Below are positions 31,001 to 32,824 of a stretch of DNA of 32,824 nt, in pieces; the first letter of the stretch is position 1; the number at the start of each line of letters is the position of its first letter. A program made the translations under genes and the position numbers. Source of the stretch: an uncultured Alphaproteobacteria bacterium (GTDB lineage: Bacteria; Pseudomonadota; Alphaproteobacteria; Micavibrionales; SZUA-601); assembly GCA_965651535.1 (NCBI GenBank), contig CBFGSX010000003.1, positions 1-32,824 on the forward strand, given 5' to 3'. The notes under the pieces were generated by a model, which saw only the letters and a list, made by a program, of their open reading frames with translations, was not told where the DNA came from and ran no database searches.

Positions 31001-32311
31001 ATGACCCTCGCCACCGTCACCAAAGATCAGGACTTCAAAGTCAAGGATATGAGCCTTGCCGAATGGGGCCGCAAGGAAATCACCATCGCCGAAACGGAAA
31101 TGCCGGGACTGATGGCGCTGCGCGCCGAGTACAAAGGCAAGAACCCGCTCAAGGGCGCGCGCATCGCGGGCTGCCTGCACATGACGATTCAAACCGCCGT
31201 GCTGATCGAAACGCTCGTGGATCTAGGCGCCGAAGTCCGCTGGTCGTCCTGCAACATTTTCTCGACGCAAGACCAGGCCGCCGCCGCCATCGCCGCGCGC
31301 GGCATTCCGGTTTTCGCGTGGAAAGGCCTGACCGAAGAAGAATACTGGTGGTGCGTCGAAAAAACCCTGTTCGGCCCGAATGGCTGGAAGCCGAATTTGC
31401 TGCTGGATGACGGCGGCGATATGACGATCTTCGCGCACGAAAAATTCCCCGAGCTGCTCGCCGACATCAAGGGTGTTTCGGAAGAAACCACGACGGGCGT
31501 GCATCGCCTGTATGAAATGGCGAAGAAAGGCACGCTGAAAATTCCGGCGATCAACGTTAATGACTCTGTCACGAAATCGAAATTTGACAATCTCTATGGC
31601 TGCCGCGAAAGCCTCGTCGACGGCATCAAGCGCGCCACCGATGTGATGATGGCCGGCAAGATCGCCTGTGTGGCCGGTTTCGGCGATGTCGGCAAAGGCT
31701 CCGCCGCCTCGCTTCGCACGCAAGGCGCGCGCGTCTTGGTGACCGAGGTCGATCCGATCTGCGCGCTTCAGGCCGCGATGGAAGGCTATCAGGTCGTCAC
31801 CATGGAAGACGCCGCCCCCATCGCCGATATCTTCGTCACGGCAACCGGCAACATGGAGATCATCACCATGGATCACATGCGCGCAATGAAAGACCGCGCC
31901 ATTGTGTGCAATATCGGTCACTTTGATAATGAGATCGATACCCAAGGCCTGCGCAATCTGAAATGGCACAATGTCAAGCCGCAGGTCGATGAGATCGAAT
32001 TCCCCGACGGCAAGCGCATCATCCTGTTGGCCGAAGGCCGCCTGGTGAATTTGGGCTGCGGCACGGGTCACCCGTCCTTCGTCATGTCGGCTTCCTTCAC
32101 CAACCAGACCATCGCCCAGATCGAGCTGTGGCAGAATGCGGACAAATACGAGAACAAGGTCTATGTGCTGCCGAAACATCTCGACGAGAAAGTGGCGCGT
32201 CTGCATCTCGACAAGCTCGGCGTAAAACTCAGCAAGCTCTCCAAGAAACAGGCCGAGTATATCGGCGTCAATGAGTCCGGCCCGTTCAAAGGCGACGCGT
32301 ATCGTTATTAA
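31001..32311 (+). CDS. ahcY: Adenosylhomocysteinase
   Basis: [68 protein letters not shown] before the ATG at 31001. Confidence 0.98.
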   Translation: MTLATVTKDQDFKVKDMSLAEWGRKEITIAETEMPGLMALRAEYKGKNPLKGARIAGCLHMTIQTAVLIETLVDLGAEVRWSSCNIFSTQDQAAAAIAARGIPVFAWKGLTEEEYWWCVEKTLFGPNGWKPNLLLDDGGDMTIFAHEKFPELLADIKGVSEETTTGVHRLYEMAKKGTLKIPAINVNDSVTKSKFDNLYGCRESLVDGIKRATDVMMAGKIACVAGFGDVGKGSAASLRTQGARVLVTEVDPICALQAAMEGYQVVTMEDAAPIADIFVTATGNMEIITMDHMRAMKDRAIVCNIGHFDNEIDTQGLRNLKWHNVKPQVDEIEFPDGKRIILLAEGRLVNLGCGTGHPSFVMSASFTNQTIAQIELWQNADKYENKVYVLPKHLDEKVARLHLDKLGVKLSKLSKKQAEYIGVNESGPFKGDAYRY

Positions 32312-32312
32312 G

Positions 32313-32383
32313 AGCCCTCTCCCGCTCGCGCCTTTCGGCGCTCACGACCTCTCCCTTTCAGGGAGAGGGTCGGGGTGAGGGCT
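32313..32383. repeat. CCCTCTCCC/GGGAGAGGG-type palindromic element
   Basis: Nested hairpins GCGCC-TTTC-GGCGC and CCTCTCCCT-TTC-AGGGAGAGG, with outer AGCCCT/AGGGCT. Confidence 0.65.
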
Positions 32384-32422
32384 TCCCCTTCCAAATCAAC
32401 TGTGGCAAAATCAAGGGCGCAA

Positions 32423-32824
32423 ATGCCTGACGATTTTTCCCCCGATCCGATCCCGAAAAAGCCCGGTAAAATCCGCCGCGCGCTGAAGCGCGCGCGCGCC
32501 TATGCCTGGCCCGCGGGGAAAACTTTTCTCGACACCGAAGCCGAGAACAACCGCCTGCGCCAGCTTCTGGAGCAATCCCCCCAAGCCTATGCGATCTGGT
32601 CGGATGCGGGTGAAAGCGCCGTGTCGCCGCTTTTGCCGCGCTGGCTGGGCGTTAAAAAAATCAACGGCGTCGACGATGTGATTTACGCCCTCGCCCCGTC
32701 GGATGCCGCCGCGCTCGAAGGGCTGTGGCAACGTCTTGACCGCGACGGGCAACCGTTCAGCTTGCGCGCCAAGACCGCCGACGAGCAGCGCATTCTGGGC
32801 ATTCAGGCCGAGCGCCGTCGCGGC
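32423..32824 (+). CDS. 5' part of a probable PAS-domain sensor kinase (DivL-like), truncated by the window
   Basis: Open frame MPDDFSPDP...LAPSDAAALEGLWQRLDRDGQPFSL to the window end. The product call rests mainly on ahcY-adjacent synteny in Alphaproteobacteria. Confidence 0.55.
   Translation, partial: MPDDFSPDPIPKKPGKIRRALKRARAYAWPAGKTFLDTEAENNRLRQLLEQSPQAYAIWSDAGESAVSPLLPRWLGVKKINGVDDVIYALAPSDAAALEGLWQRLDRDGQPFSLRAKTADEQRILGIQAERRRG

Overview
Gene-dense chromosomal window from a GC-rich alphaproteobacterium. Gene content and gene order suggest a Rhodospirillales/Micavibrio-like organism; that placement is inference. Most of it is housekeeping: the 5' end of tuf, tRNA-Gly(TCC), an LD-carboxypeptidase, galE, NlpC/P60, gyrB, rpoN, a MipA-family protein, a 17-kDa-type lipoprotein, fabI, clpB, prmC-prfA, a RodZ-like protein, ubiG-ubiH/L-rodA, comM, manX-ptsH-ptsI, ahcY and the start of a probable DivL-like PAS kinase. 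Many normally conserved operons are broken up. Standout items: (1) a prophage-free polymorphic-toxin-like cassette (peptidoglycan-binding + MuF + lytic-transglycosylase-like domain, then a candidate immunity gene) with a near-consensus promoter and a degenerate 61-bp duplicate of its own 5' end; (2) a sigma54 -24/-12 site divergent from rpoN that could drive a ~55-nt anti-Shine-Dalgarno sRNA; (3) a palindromic repeat inserted in-frame inside prmC; (4) an orphan GvpL/F-like gene downstream of CtrA-like boxes; (5) a HupE/UreJ homologue lacking the family's conserved histidines and a PagP-like barrel with a large insert; (6) several REP/RPE/MITE-like palindromic elements. All family calls come from motif recognition by eye, not database searches.
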